Assembly: GCA_021790255.1 (NCBI GenBank)
Contig: JAJYIE010000001.1
Coordinates: forward strand, 4,165-68,164
Length of the DNA: 64,000 nucleotides
Direction of reading: 5' to 3'
Origin: a bacterium
GTDB lineage: Bacteria; Patescibacteriota; Microgenomatia; Daviesbacterales; UBA10151
Part shown: in pieces, positions 26,877 through 36,112 of the stretch
Layout: every line of letters starts with the position of its first letter
Position numbering within the stretch: position 1 is the first letter of the stretch
Position numbers and translations under genes: made by a program
Notes under the pieces: generated by a model
Databases searched by the model: none
Told to the model about the DNA's origin: nothing
The model's input: the letters and a program-made list of their open reading frames with translations, nothing else

Positions 26877-26922
26877 GTAGCCACTTTGACAACAAACTTA
26901 AAATCTTCTAATATTCCAAGCT

Positions 26923-27669
26923 ATGGTTGAGTCAATCAATTATCATACTATCTGGGGTCAACAAGCAGACCGCTTAGCTTATCTATTCGCCCCCGAGCTT
27001 GGTTTATCCAGAGACCAGTATATTGATCATCTGCCCCAATTTGCTCCTCAAGGTAAGGCCGATAAAGGCGTTTTTGATTTCCCACTCTTGGTACAAACTG
27101 CCACCCCAAATCTGACACTGGTGAGAATTTGTGAGGTTACCGGTATTAACGTAGGGTCACCAAACATCGACGAAATGGTAGATTGGCGAGACGATATGAT
27201 TATAAAAATGTGGCGTGATAAAAGAAGCGATACAATAACTAGCGCCACTGTAGACTGGAGTAATGATCCAAAAAAGTTTCGGACTCCCTCTGCACCTTAC
27301 TCAACCTGGATAAATACAAGGATTCAAAAAGACAACAGCGCTTATCAGACCAGAGCCGGCTTAACTTCTCAAGAACGTGGGGGAACAATTTATGACGGTT
27401 TATCACTCTTAATCCAAAAACCTGAGCTTTTAGACAGAGAGGGTCTTGCCCTGCCGGGATCTGAATACTTTTTTGACTTCTTCTTCTCAGATGAAGGTAC
27501 CGTCATTATACTTACTCAAGAGAGTAATCATAAAATCCTAGGTTTTGGTTATGCTGGTCTTAACTATGCCGGGTTTCAGTCCAAATTCCATCCACCCACA
27601 GGCTGTCTGGTAGCCAGCAGAAAAATTGCTACTAAGCGGCGCCAACCTCCAAGTGGCCAAAAACCCTAA
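26923..27669 (+). CDS. Hypothetical protein.
   Basis: 248 aa with no domain recognised. Located directly downstream of the terminator and leader region. Confidence 0.5.
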   Translation: MVESINYHTIWGQQADRLAYLFAPELGLSRDQYIDHLPQFAPQGKADKGVFDFPLLVQTATPNLTLVRICEVTGINVGSPNIDEMVDWRDDMIIKMWRDKRSDTITSATVDWSNDPKKFRTPSAPYSTWINTRIQKDNSAYQTRAGLTSQERGGTIYDGLSLLIQKPELLDREGLALPGSEYFFDFFFSDEGTVIILTQESNHKILGFGYAGLNYAGFQSKFHPPTGCLVASRKIATKRRQPPSGQKP

Positions 27670-27789
27670 TGCTTTAATCTATCTGGGTTGGCAACATGCC
27701 TTCAGAATAAAACCCCGGAGCCTTAGTTAGCCTTGCAAAACGTCCTCCTGTGTGCGCAAAGTTTCAGGTATGCCTGCGCGGGTAACATC

Positions 27790-27825
27790 AGTCCATTATA
27801 TTCTTGACCAAGAATATAATGGACT
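27790..27825. repeat. 36-bp inverted repeat AGTCCATTATATTCTTG-AC-CAAGAATATAATGGACT, the third member of the palindrome family.
   Basis: 17-bp arms with a 2-nt centre. It shares GTCCATTATATTCT...AGAATATAATG with the 12969 copy. It sits in a convergent intergenic region (after the nifU stop). Confidence 0.5.
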
Positions 27826-27859
27826 GATTCCTAAAATAGACTGTATAAATACCTGACAG

Positions 27860-28258
27860 TTATTTCCCGGAGCGGTAGTCGGCAATAGCCTTTTTTAAAG
27901 CCTCAGCAGACAAAACCGAGCAGTGGAATTTAATTGGAGGAAGTCCCCCAAGAGCTTCGGCAATAGCTTTTTCCGTCACTTTTTCCGCCTCGTCCAACCT
28001 TTTGCCTTTAACCAAAGTGGTGATCATGCTGGATGTAGCAATAGCTGCCCCACAGCCCAAAGTCTGAAACTTAATATCCTTAATATACTCCTGCCCGCCA
28101 TTTTTAATAATCTTCAAATACAGTTTCATCACATCCCCGCAATGCGGATTGCCCACCAAAGACTGCGCATTTGCATCAGCAATCTTCCCCATATTTTTTG
28201 GGTTTTTCATATGCTTTAAAACTTTCGGCGAATAAATCTTCTGAAAAATATCTTCCAT
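27860..28258 (-). CDS. nifU: Fe-S cluster scaffold protein NifU/IscU (N-terminal-domain type).
   Basis: 132 aa. GNPHCGD, GCGAAIATS and KFHCSVL Cys motifs. Confidence 0.9.
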   Translation of the reverse strand: MEDIFQKIYSPKVLKHMKNPKNMGKIADANAQSLVGNPHCGDVMKLYLKIIKNGGQEYIKDIKFQTLGCGAAIATSSMITTLVKGKRLDEAEKVTEKAIAEALGGLPPIKFHCSVLSAEALKKAIADYRSGK

Positions 28259-28261
28259 AGG

Positions 28262-29488
28262 CTAAATTGTTGCAAAAGCTCCTCTTAGCTCGGAAAGGTC
28301 AGGTGCCATCTCCCGCAACTTCTCCGTTGCCTCACGCAAAACTTTCAGCGTATAGCCGATCTCTTCTTCCGTAGTATCCTTACCCAAAGATACGCGCAGA
28401 GAACCGTGCGCGAGCTCTGCCGGAATGCCCACGGCAGAGAGGACATGGGAGGGAGTAAGGCTCTGGCTGGTACAAGCAGATCCTGTGGAAACAATCACCT
28501 TTTTATCAGATAAAAGCAGCTGCAAAGCTTCCCCTTCCACTCCTTCCACTATAAATGAAGCCAGGTGCGGTGCCCTGATTTTGGGGTGTCCTGTTAAACT
28601 GACCCCAGGAATTTCCAGCACTCCCTTGATCAGCTTATCTCTGAGCCTTTCCATCTCCTTTTGCCTTTTGATTTTTGATTTTTGACTTAACTCCACCGCT
28701 TTCCCCAACGCCACAATATACGGCACATTTTCCGTGCCAGAGCGCAATTTCCTCTCCTGGTCCCCTCCATCCAGTTGCCGAATCAGTGGAGTTCCCGTCT
28801 TGACAAAAAGTGCTCCCACCCCTTTTGGCGCATAAATTTTGTGCCCTGTAAACGAAAGCAGATCCACACCCAGCTTATCTGCACCACAGTCCAGATATTG
28901 GACAGCCTGCGTCGCGTCGGTATGAAAATAAATGTGTGGTTTGTTATGAGTTCGCTCGTGGTTGATAGCTTTCAACAACCGGCCGATCTGTGAAACCGGC
29001 TGAATTGTCCCCACCTCATTGTTTACATACATCACCGACACCAGCACCGTTTCCGGGCGTACTTCCTTTCGGACATCATATATGGAAACCATACCGTATT
29101 TATCTACCTGCAGGTAAGTAACCTTCGCCCGGCCCAAAGTTTCCAGGTGAGCACAAGTCTCGAGAACAGCCTTATGCTCCACAGTACTCGTAATAATATG
29201 CGGCCGCCTGCCGTTTTGAAACTGCGGCAGTAAAGCCTCAATCAGGCCTTTATGGGATAAATTTATTGATTCTGTTGCCGAACCGGTGAAAATTACCTCG
29301 GCATTTTTGCAACCCAACATCCCAGCCACTTGTTCCCGGGATTTTTCCACAGCTTCTTTCGCCTGCCGGCCTAACGAGTGTACTTCGGAAGGATTGCCGT
29401 ATTTTTGAGTAAAATAAGGCCGCATCGTCCGGAAAACCTGGGGATCAACCCTGGTGGTAGCAGCATTATCAAGATAAACCAGCTTCAT
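28262..29488 (-). CDS. nifS: Cysteine desulfurase (NifS/IscS).
   Basis: MKLVYLDNAATT N-terminus, PLP-lysine region GHKIYAPKG and catalytic-Cys loop SSGSACTS. The ORF track starts at a GTG at 29533. The ATG at 29488 avoids overlap with the upstream regulator. Confidence 0.9.
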   Translation of the reverse strand: MKLVYLDNAATTRVDPQVFRTMRPYFTQKYGNPSEVHSLGRQAKEAVEKSREQVAGMLGCKNAEVIFTGSATESINLSHKGLIEALLPQFQNGRRPHIITSTVEHKAVLETCAHLETLGRAKVTYLQVDKYGMVSIYDVRKEVRPETVLVSVMYVNNEVGTIQPVSQIGRLLKAINHERTHNKPHIYFHTDATQAVQYLDCGADKLGVDLLSFTGHKIYAPKGVGALFVKTGTPLIRQLDGGDQERKLRSGTENVPYIVALGKAVELSQKSKIKRQKEMERLRDKLIKGVLEIPGVSLTGHPKIRAPHLASFIVEGVEGEALQLLLSDKKVIVSTGSACTSQSLTPSHVLSAVGIPAELAHGSLRVSLGKDTTEEEIGYTLKVLREATEKLREMAPDLSELRGAFATI

Positions 29489-29501
29489 AATAAAGTTAAA
29501 T

Positions 29502-29765
29502 CTATGAAAACAGCTTACAAATATTTTCATCACATTTCGGGTGTAATTTATAAAAAACTTTCCGTCCTTCTTTGCGGGAAGTGACTATCCCCGAATCTTC
29601 CAGGTATTTTAAGTGGTGGGTGATGGTTGGTTGGGCGATCTGGAAATGTTTGGCAATTTCCATCACCGACATCTCGGGCTTTTCCTGGAGCAAACCGATA
29701 ATTTCAATCCGGGAACTGCAGGACAGCCCTGCAAAACATCCCGCACAACCAGAGTCCATTTTCAT
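29502..29765 (-). CDS. ArsR/SmtB-family transcriptional regulator with a Cys-rich N-terminus.
   Basis: HTH MSVMEIAKHFQIAQPTITHHLKYLEDSGIV. N-terminal DSGCAGCFAGLSC. The likely ATG is at 29765; the track's 29774 is a TTG. Confidence 0.8.
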   Translation of the reverse strand: MKMDSGCAGCFAGLSCSSRIEIIGLLQEKPEMSVMEIAKHFQIAQPTITHHLKYLEDSGIVTSRKEGRKVFYKLHPKCDENICKLFS

Positions 29766-29778
29766 AATTTGCAATGTA

Positions 29779-29810
29779 TTGACAATAATCTATATTTCAG
29801 TTATTGTCAA
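29779..29810. promoter_or_regulatory. Dyad TTGACAATAA-N12-TTATTGTCAA, forming a symmetric divergent promoter/operator.
   Basis: 10-bp perfect inverted repeat. Each arm supplies a TTGACA -35 hexamer and, 17 nt away, a TATTGT -10 on its own strand. Located 14 nt upstream of the ArsR ATG and 87 nt upstream of the FNR-like gene. Confidence 0.4.
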
Positions 29811-29896
29811 GCTGTTCAGTTTTCGGTTTTCGGATAATAGTCAGCTGAAAACCGGCAGACTAAATTCCGACAGCTGAGAATTGATAGCCCTAAGGT

Positions 29897-30646
29897 ATGC
29901 CCACTTTTTTTTCATCAATTGTGCTTGAAAATAAGAAACTCAACGATAAGTTCCACCATCTTCGCCTCCGTGCAGAAAACCCGGACTTTCAGTTTAAGAC
30001 CGGCCAATTTACTGTTCTCAAGATTGACAGTCTCACGTACCGCAGTTATTCCATTTCTTCAACTCCGCAAAAACTCCCTCTTTGGGAGATGTTTGTGGAT
30101 GTCACACCGCAGGGCCCCGGCACACGTTACCTGGAAAGCCTAAAACCCGGCCAGGCTATTGAAACCAGCAGACCTGCCGGCAATTTCATCATCACCCAAA
30201 AGGCTCCCAGGAATATTATTTTTGGTGCCACTGGATGTGGGATTGCCTCAATTAAACCCCTTATTGAACAACTCCTTACTCAACCCGCTTCGCCAGCCAA
30301 GCAGAACGAGCAGCCGGCAATCCACATCCAACTCTTCTGGGGCCTGCGGCATATCAAAGACATTGTCTGGCAGGAAAATTTCAAGCAGTGGGCTAAAGAC
30401 CATCCTAGTTTTCATTATCAGATATATCTTTCCCGCCCTGAGGGGCCGTGGGACGGTAAGACAGGCCATATAAATACCGGTCTGCTGACACTCACCAAAA
30501 CGCTGCTTCCACTTCAAACCGCAGTTTATCTTTGCGGCAGCCTGGAAATGATCACGGATATCACTGAGCAATTGTCGGTTGCGGGTTTCCCGGATAAGCA
30601 AATCTTTTTTGAGCATTACTTTGCTGGGAATAAAAACCGGACATAG
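29897..30646 (+). CDS. FAD/NAD(P)-binding oxidoreductase (ferredoxin-NADP reductase-like).
   Basis: 249 aa. RSYSISS (RxYS FAD motif), GATGCGIASI (NAD(P) motif) and a C-terminal YLCGSLEM. Confidence 0.75.
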   Translation: MPTFFSSIVLENKKLNDKFHHLRLRAENPDFQFKTGQFTVLKIDSLTYRSYSISSTPQKLPLWEMFVDVTPQGPGTRYLESLKPGQAIETSRPAGNFIITQKAPRNIIFGATGCGIASIKPLIEQLLTQPASPAKQNEQPAIHIQLFWGLRHIKDIVWQENFKQWAKDHPSFHYQIYLSRPEGPWDGKTGHINTGLLTLTKTLLPLQTAVYLCGSLEMITDITEQLSVAGFPDKQIFFEHYFAGNKNRT

Positions 30647-31733
30647 GCCAGTTTTCCCCAAAACCTTTAACCAGTGTTATCTTAATATTATTCGCCAACC
30701 TGCCCGATCTTCTCTTAGCTAAGCTGGTAGAGGTCCCCCTGACCAAACCTAAAGCATAGGACAAATGAGCAACTAAAAATAACAGCGGCAGGAAAAGCGC
30801 CAGGTAAAGCTTTCTCCTCCTTTTGGAAAAACCCGCAGCAGAAGCAAATGCGGCAGCAAAATAGACAAATATCGGCATTAAAACCAAGGCTGCATGGTAA
30901 AAAAACAGTAAAACAAAATACAAAAGCAAGCCCAGTGGTAACAGAAATAGTTTGCCTGTTCTAAACCCAGTTACCCGCAGGTTTTCCATCCGCCCCCGGC
31001 CGTAGTTGAAAAACATCTCCATGATTGTACTTAAAGATTCACGCCTTGGCCGGTTAACATAGATCCCCGGGTGATAAATCAAGCCATAGCCCTTTCTGCT
31101 CAGCCGGCTTAAAAACTCGTTTTCTTCATTCGGATAAAGTTCTTCACGAAACCCTCCCGACTCACTAAAGACTTTCCTTCGGACAGCCAGATTACATAAG
31201 ATCAGCTCCCTCTCGTCGGTAAAACGAAAACGGCCGGTGGGCCGAAACCTGCTGCTCATAACATAGTATGCAAAAAAAGATTCAAGGATAATCCCGCCTA
31301 TCGATGCCCAGAATGATTCCCGGCGGTTCCAGATACTCGGGCCTCCGACTACGGCAATCTTTTCTCGGGGCCGGCGGCTGGAAAAAAACACTTTCTCCAC
31401 CTGCTCACAAATCAAAGGAGGAAGTACGGAGAAAGTCCTCATCGGAGCCGGCCCACCCAAATCTTGACCCCCAAAGGCTGCTACAACACGGGTCAAAGAT
31501 TCCCGGGAAAGTTCAGAATCGTTATCCAAAAAATACAGAATCTGCCCGCGGGCAGATTTTGCCGCCTCGTTCCTTTGCCGAGAAGGGGATGAACCCTGAC
31601 AAATGATCACTTCTAAAAGCCGGGGGTCAAAATCCAGTCTGGTCAGAGATTTTAAAGAAGCTCCGGGAAACTCGGTAGGCCGGGCTGCAATAATAATACT
31701 GAATTTAGGCTGCTTGCTTTCCATATTCGCCAT
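30561..31733 (-). CDS. GT2-family glycosyltransferase with a C-terminal TM domain.
   Basis: FSIIIAARP N-terminus, YFLDNDSE DxD-like motif and 3-4 C-terminal TM helices. The start is chosen downstream of the upstream gene's stop; the track's 31799 start would overlap it by ~95 nt. Confidence 0.7.
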   Translation of the reverse strand: MANMESKQPKFSIIIAARPTEFPGASLKSLTRLDFDPRLLEVIICQGSSPSRQRNEAAKSARGQILYFLDNDSELSRESLTRVVAAFGGQDLGGPAPMRTFSVLPPLICEQVEKVFFSSRRPREKIAVVGGPSIWNRRESFWASIGGIILESFFAYYVMSSRFRPTGRFRFTDERELILCNLAVRRKVFSESGGFREELYPNEENEFLSRLSRKGYGLIYHPGIYVNRPRRESLSTIMEMFFNYGRGRMENLRVTGFRTGKLFLLPLGLLLYFVLLFFYHAALVLMPIFVYFAAAFASAAGFSKRRRKLYLALFLPLLFLVAHLSYALGLVRGTSTSLAKRRSGRLANNIKITLVKGFGENWPMSGFYSQQSNAQKRFAYPGNPQPTIAQ

Positions 31734-32559
31734 GGTGCTTTCCCCAACCTGATCGGTATTTTTCTGCTTCAAAGTAGCATGAAACTCCATTCCTTCCAAC
31801 CCTTGAATCCACTTTCAGGACAAGTAAATCGGCCAGCCAGGCGTTAACCCACTCCGGTCTAAGGATTACCCATCTTTTAAATAACTTTTTTAAGAAATAT
31901 TGTAAGGCCGATACCGGCATCAGCAAATCCATCGTCACTACTACTTTTGGGTCAACGAACTCCGAAGCCTCTCTGACCCGGAAGTTGTTCTGCTCCAGAA
32001 GTTTTATCCAATACTTCTTAGGATAAAGCTCCTGCTGCCAAAGGCGGTTTTTCCAGTTAATATAGGCACTGCCCGCTTTGGAAAATCCCATCGCACGCAG
32101 GCTGTTTCCCAAAACATAGTGCTGTTTGGTCCGTTCGTTAGGTACGGTAAACATTAACTTGCCGCCCCTTTTTAATACCCTGTTGATCTCAGAAAAAACC
32201 CGGTCATGGTCCGGGAGATGCTCAAAGACGCTATTGGAAATCACGGTAGAAAAACTGTCTCCGGCGAAAGGCATCCGACCGGCTTCGCCTACAACAACTT
32301 TTTTATAAGCACCTCGCCGGCGGGCCAACTTTATTTCGGCGCTGTTGAAGTCTAAACCGGTATCAATTCCCTTCTTTCCAAAGCACGCGGCAGCAAAAAC
32401 ACCGTCACCACAACCGATGTCCAGTATTGGTGGTTCCAATTTTTTACCGGCAAAGGCTATTGCTTCACAACTCCTGGCCAGGGCGTGAGCTACCGGTAAA
32501 TCTTTCAGAAAAACTTTCAGAATTTCTTTTTCGTCCGCTGTCTTACGTGCCATAATCAA
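31705..32559 (-). CDS. Class I SAM-dependent methyltransferase.
   Basis: 284 aa. Motif I ILDIGCGDG, and motif II/III regions present. Confidence 0.8.
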   Translation of the reverse strand: MIMARKTADEKEILKVFLKDLPVAHALARSCEAIAFAGKKLEPPILDIGCGDGVFAAACFGKKGIDTGLDFNSAEIKLARRRGAYKKVVVGEAGRMPFAGDSFSTVISNSVFEHLPDHDRVFSEINRVLKRGGKLMFTVPNERTKQHYVLGNSLRAMGFSKAGSAYINWKNRLWQQELYPKKYWIKLLEQNNFRVREASEFVDPKVVVTMDLLMPVSALQYFLKKLFKRWVILRPEWVNAWLADLLVLKVDSRVGRNGVSCYFEAEKYRSGWGKHHGEYGKQAA

Positions 32560-32649
32560 AAAAATTTTTTAGCAAGAGCTTTAAGATGATAAAGTTGCTA
32601 CAACCTTCGGTTATAAATTGTTATAATTCCAACAGCCAATAAATACAAG

Positions 32650-33693
32650 GTGGCAAATATGTCCCACAAGCTCACTTATCTGGTTATATCTTTGACACAC
32701 CGGTGCAATTCCCGCTGTCAGGCTTGTCTTGAGTGGCAAATGCCGGCCCCCGATAAAAACAGAGAACTTTCGGCCGGACAATACCGGCAAGTATTTCAAA
32801 GCTGGAAAGACACTATTCCCTACTTATCATTTGTCGGCGGGGAGGCTTTCCTGCGGGAAGACCTGGCAGAAATTGTGATTACCGCTGCAAAAAATTTACA
32901 CCCGAAGAATATCAACCTGGCCACAAACGGGCTTCTGCCTGAAAAAATTGTGAGCGACACTAAAACTATCTTGTCAAAGATCCCTTTCTCCACCATCCTC
33001 ACAATTAATTTATCTATTGACGGAGTTCGGCATGTCCACGATTTCAGCCGGGGAGAAAAGGGGTTTTTTGCTAAACTATTTTCGACTTATCATGGTCTGA
33101 AGCCGCTCCAAAAAGATTTCCCAAATTTACGCATCGCCTTCCACAGTGGTTTATCTGTTTATAATAACACCCGCCTTCCGGCACTATTTCGCCTCCTGGA
33201 AAGCCTTAAACCGGATAGCTATATACTGGAACCTGCTGCCGACAGAGATGAACTGCTGGAAAAGATGCGCAAGGTGCAAATAGATGCAACCAGCTGGCAA
33301 AATATAATACAAAAACACAAAAAAGCCCTTTGGGACTTAAACGGCAAGGTAAGCCTGCCTTATCATTTGGCTCGTTTCGGCTATTATCCCTTTTCCGCGG
33401 AAGTTTTAAAAAAGTTCGACCAGGTTATCCCCTGTCAGGCCGGCAGGAAAGCTCTTTTTATTGACCAGGCAGGAAATGTCAAAGCCTGCGAAAACCGTCC
33501 TACAATTGCAGGTCTCCCTCAGTTTAAATACAACCTAAAGAAAATTTTCCACTCCAATACCACTAAGGCTGAGCAGCAAAAGATTGCCGTCCGAGAGTGT
33601 TTTTGCCACAGCAGTTACCACTATTATATCAGTATCGAAAGCAGGCCCTGGTATTTGGTAAAATTACTGCTGAAAATGCTCATGGACAGATGA
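32650..33693 (+). CDS. Radical SAM protein with a C-terminal Cys-rich (SPASM/twitch-like) region.
   Basis: 347 aa. CNSRCQAC (CX3CX2C) at residues ~19-26. C-terminal Cys residues (CQAGRK...NVKAC...CFCHSS). Confidence 0.8.
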   Translation: MANMSHKLTYLVISLTHRCNSRCQACLEWQMPAPDKNRELSAGQYRQVFQSWKDTIPYLSFVGGEAFLREDLAEIVITAAKNLHPKNINLATNGLLPEKIVSDTKTILSKIPFSTILTINLSIDGVRHVHDFSRGEKGFFAKLFSTYHGLKPLQKDFPNLRIAFHSGLSVYNNTRLPALFRLLESLKPDSYILEPAADRDELLEKMRKVQIDATSWQNIIQKHKKALWDLNGKVSLPYHLARFGYYPFSAEVLKKFDQVIPCQAGRKALFIDQAGNVKACENRPTIAGLPQFKYNLKKIFHSNTTKAEQQKIAVRECFCHSSYHYYISIESRPWYLVKLLLKMLMDR

Positions 33694-35093
33694 CTGATGT
33701 TTTGCTAATCAACCCTTACGCCAAATCCACTACCTGGGCCTCCGGTTACCGGGTTATGCCCTTGGGGCTTTCCTATATAGCCTCTTTTTTGGAGCAATCA
33801 GGTGTTATTGTTAAAGCGCTTGATTTAAACATTAACCATCTCTCCTCCCAGGAGCTGAAAAAAATCATCTTGCGGGATAAGCCACGCCTGGTCGGGATAA
33901 CTGCGACCACCCCTATGGTTAAAAGCAGCTGGCAGCTTGCCGAACTGATCAAGGAAACAATTGACACAAAAATTGTTCTGGGGGGGCCGCATCCCTCTGC
34001 CTTACCGGAAGAGTCGGCTTCGTTGCCCCAAATTGACTTTGTTGTCAACCACGAAGGTGAAGAAACTATGGCAGAGCTTACAAAAGCAATTTTTAACCAC
34101 CAGCCAACCACACAAATCCCAGGGATAAGCTACAAAAAAGGGCAGCAAGTGATAAACAACCTGCCCCGCCCTTATATTAAAAACCTGGACAGCCTGCCTT
34201 TTCCGGCCCGCCACCTTTTCCCTGTCAAAAAATACCGTCCCTCCCAACCACTTTTATCGATGCGCTACCCCGCTGCGCACATTTTGACCTCCCGTGGATG
34301 TCCATATGGCTGCAACTTTTGTTATAAGGGTGTTTTCGGCAGAACTTACCGGACCCGTTCCGTAGAAAGTGTGTTAAATGAGTGGGAAATATTGGTTAAA
34401 AAATATAAGGTCAAAGAGATTGAGATTGTTGACGATAATTTTGCCCTTGATGTCTCGCGGGCAATTAAGATCTGCGAGGGAATTATCCGCCGGAAGTTGG
34501 TCGTTCCCTGGGCAACCTACTCCGGAATCAGGGTTGATCATCCTCATTCCGGGGAACTAATTAAGCTGATGAAAAAAGCCGGCTGCTACCGGATCGCTTT
34601 TGGGGTAGAATCCGGGTCGGACAAAGTTTTATCCCGCATTGAGAAAAAAATCAGCACCCGCCAAGTGCAAAAAGCTGTTGCTACTGCGAAAGAGGCAGGA
34701 TTTTTAACTATGGCATATTGTATGGTCGGCAATATTGGCGAAGACAGACAAACCATGCAGCAGACAGTTGATTTTGCCAAAAACTTAGGCTGCGACTTTG
34801 CCCAGTTTACCGTCAGTACCCCCTTCCCCGGTACCGCACTTTATAGGCAAGTGCTCGAAGAAGGCAGGCTTCTGATAACCGATTGGGACCGGTTTGATAA
34901 CATGGGCGGCAAAGCTTTTTTTGAAATCGGCAGTGTCAGGAAAGATGATGTAGAACAGATGCGGAGCAAGGCTTATTGGCAGTTTTACACTCAGCCGCGG
35001 GTTTTGTTAACTCTGGGGCGAAAAATGGTTGAAAATCCCAGGATGATACAATTTTTCCTGCCAAAACTGCTGTCTGCTATCAAAAGGTCATGA
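33690..35093 (+). CDS. B12-binding (class B) radical SAM protein.
   Basis: N-terminal cobalamin-binding Rossmann-like domain. Radical-SAM motif SRGCPYGCNFC. ATGA overlap with the upstream gene. Confidence 0.85.
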   Translation: MTDVLLINPYAKSTTWASGYRVMPLGLSYIASFLEQSGVIVKALDLNINHLSSQELKKIILRDKPRLVGITATTPMVKSSWQLAELIKETIDTKIVLGGPHPSALPEESASLPQIDFVVNHEGEETMAELTKAIFNHQPTTQIPGISYKKGQQVINNLPRPYIKNLDSLPFPARHLFPVKKYRPSQPLLSMRYPAAHILTSRGCPYGCNFCYKGVFGRTYRTRSVESVLNEWEILVKKYKVKEIEIVDDNFALDVSRAIKICEGIIRRKLVVPWATYSGIRVDHPHSGELIKLMKKAGCYRIAFGVESGSDKVLSRIEKKISTRQVQKAVATAKEAGFLTMAYCMVGNIGEDRQTMQQTVDFAKNLGCDFAQFTVSTPFPGTALYRQVLEEGRLLITDWDRFDNMGGKAFFEIGSVRKDDVEQMRSKAYWQFYTQPRVLLTLGRKMVENPRMIQFFLPKLLSAIKRS

Positions 35094-36112
35094 AAATTTT
35101 TTTAACCGGCGCTACCGGTTTTATCGGTACTCACCTGGCAGATGCCCTCATTGGCAAGGGCTATGAAGTCTGCTGTCTGGTCAAAAGTCCGGGTCAGGCA
35201 AAGAATCTAAAGCAAAAAGGGTGTCACACCATAACAGGGGACCTTACCGATATTCACCTGGGCAGGAAAATTTCTCCCGAACTAACAAATACCGACCTGG
35301 TCATTCACCTGGCAGCACTTTTTGCCGAATGGGGGCCTTCAAAAGGGGACTACCAGGAAGTGAACGTCGAAGGTACAACCAGGCTGCTGCAAGCCAGCTG
35401 GGAAAACCGGGTAGAGCATTTTATTTTAATCAGTACGGCTCATGTTTTAGGCAACCCTCCAAACCATACACCCGCTGCGGAAACAGACACACCTCATCCG
35501 GATTCAGGCTATGCCCATTCCAAACTAGCTGCAGAAAAAAAGGCAGTGGCTTATTTTAATAAAGGGCTGCCGGTCACAATCCTTCGGCCGACGTTCGTTT
35601 ACGGCCCCGGGGACAGCCGCGGAGCGTTCTTCCGTTTTTTTCAAAGGATTAAAAACGGCCGGGTAATCATTGTCGGATCCGGCCGAAATTTTTTCCAGCC
35701 GCTTTTTGTCGAAGACCTGGTTGCTGCCATCCTTGCTGCTGCCAAAAAGCCCGGCCGCGGTGAAATTTATCTTATTGCCGGCAGGCAGCAGATCAGGCTG
35801 CAACAACTGCTGAAGCTTCTGGCAAAGTCCCTGAAAGTCCGCAATCCCAAAATTATCAGGCTTCCGTATTTACTCAGTTTAGCTGTCAGTTATCCTGCAA
35901 GCACACTGTTTACCTTGGGCAGAATGCTTCATCTGCCGATTCTAAGAGATGAACCATTTCTGGAGCCGCGTAAAGTGAAATTCAGTACCGGTAGCTTCAC
36001 TTATAAAATAACCAGGGCGGAAACAGATTTGGGATATCGTCCTCGCCACAACCTCAAGATTGGACTCAGGGAAACTGCTGAAAGTTTAGAAAAATCATTT
36101 CCTCTTCTCTAA
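35090..36112 (+). CDS. NAD-dependent epimerase/dehydratase (extended SDR).
   Basis: 340 aa. GATGFIG Rossmann motif and a YxxxK-type catalytic region (YAHSK). ATGA overlap with the upstream gene. Confidence 0.85.
   Translation: MKIFLTGATGFIGTHLADALIGKGYEVCCLVKSPGQAKNLKQKGCHTITGDLTDIHLGRKISPELTNTDLVIHLAALFAEWGPSKGDYQEVNVEGTTRLLQASWENRVEHFILISTAHVLGNPPNHTPAAETDTPHPDSGYAHSKLAAEKKAVAYFNKGLPVTILRPTFVYGPGDSRGAFFRFFQRIKNGRVIIVGSGRNFFQPLFVEDLVAAILAAAKKPGRGEIYLIAGRQQIRLQQLLKLLAKSLKVRNPKIIRLPYLLSLAVSYPASTLFTLGRMLHLPILRDEPFLEPRKVKFSTGSFTYKITRAETDLGYRPRHNLKIGLRETAESLEKSFPLL

Noticed and set aside
26588-26922. Attempted by-eye match of the non-coding island to SRP (4.5S), 6S, tmRNA, RNase P, TPP, SAM-I, T-box and cobalamin riboswitch consensus elements.
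   Set aside because: None of the diagnostic motifs is present (GGAAGCAGCC / GGCAGG for SRP; AAAGUCCGG for RNase P; CUGAGA for TPP; GCCACUG B12 box in the correct context). Identity is left open pending a covariance-model search.
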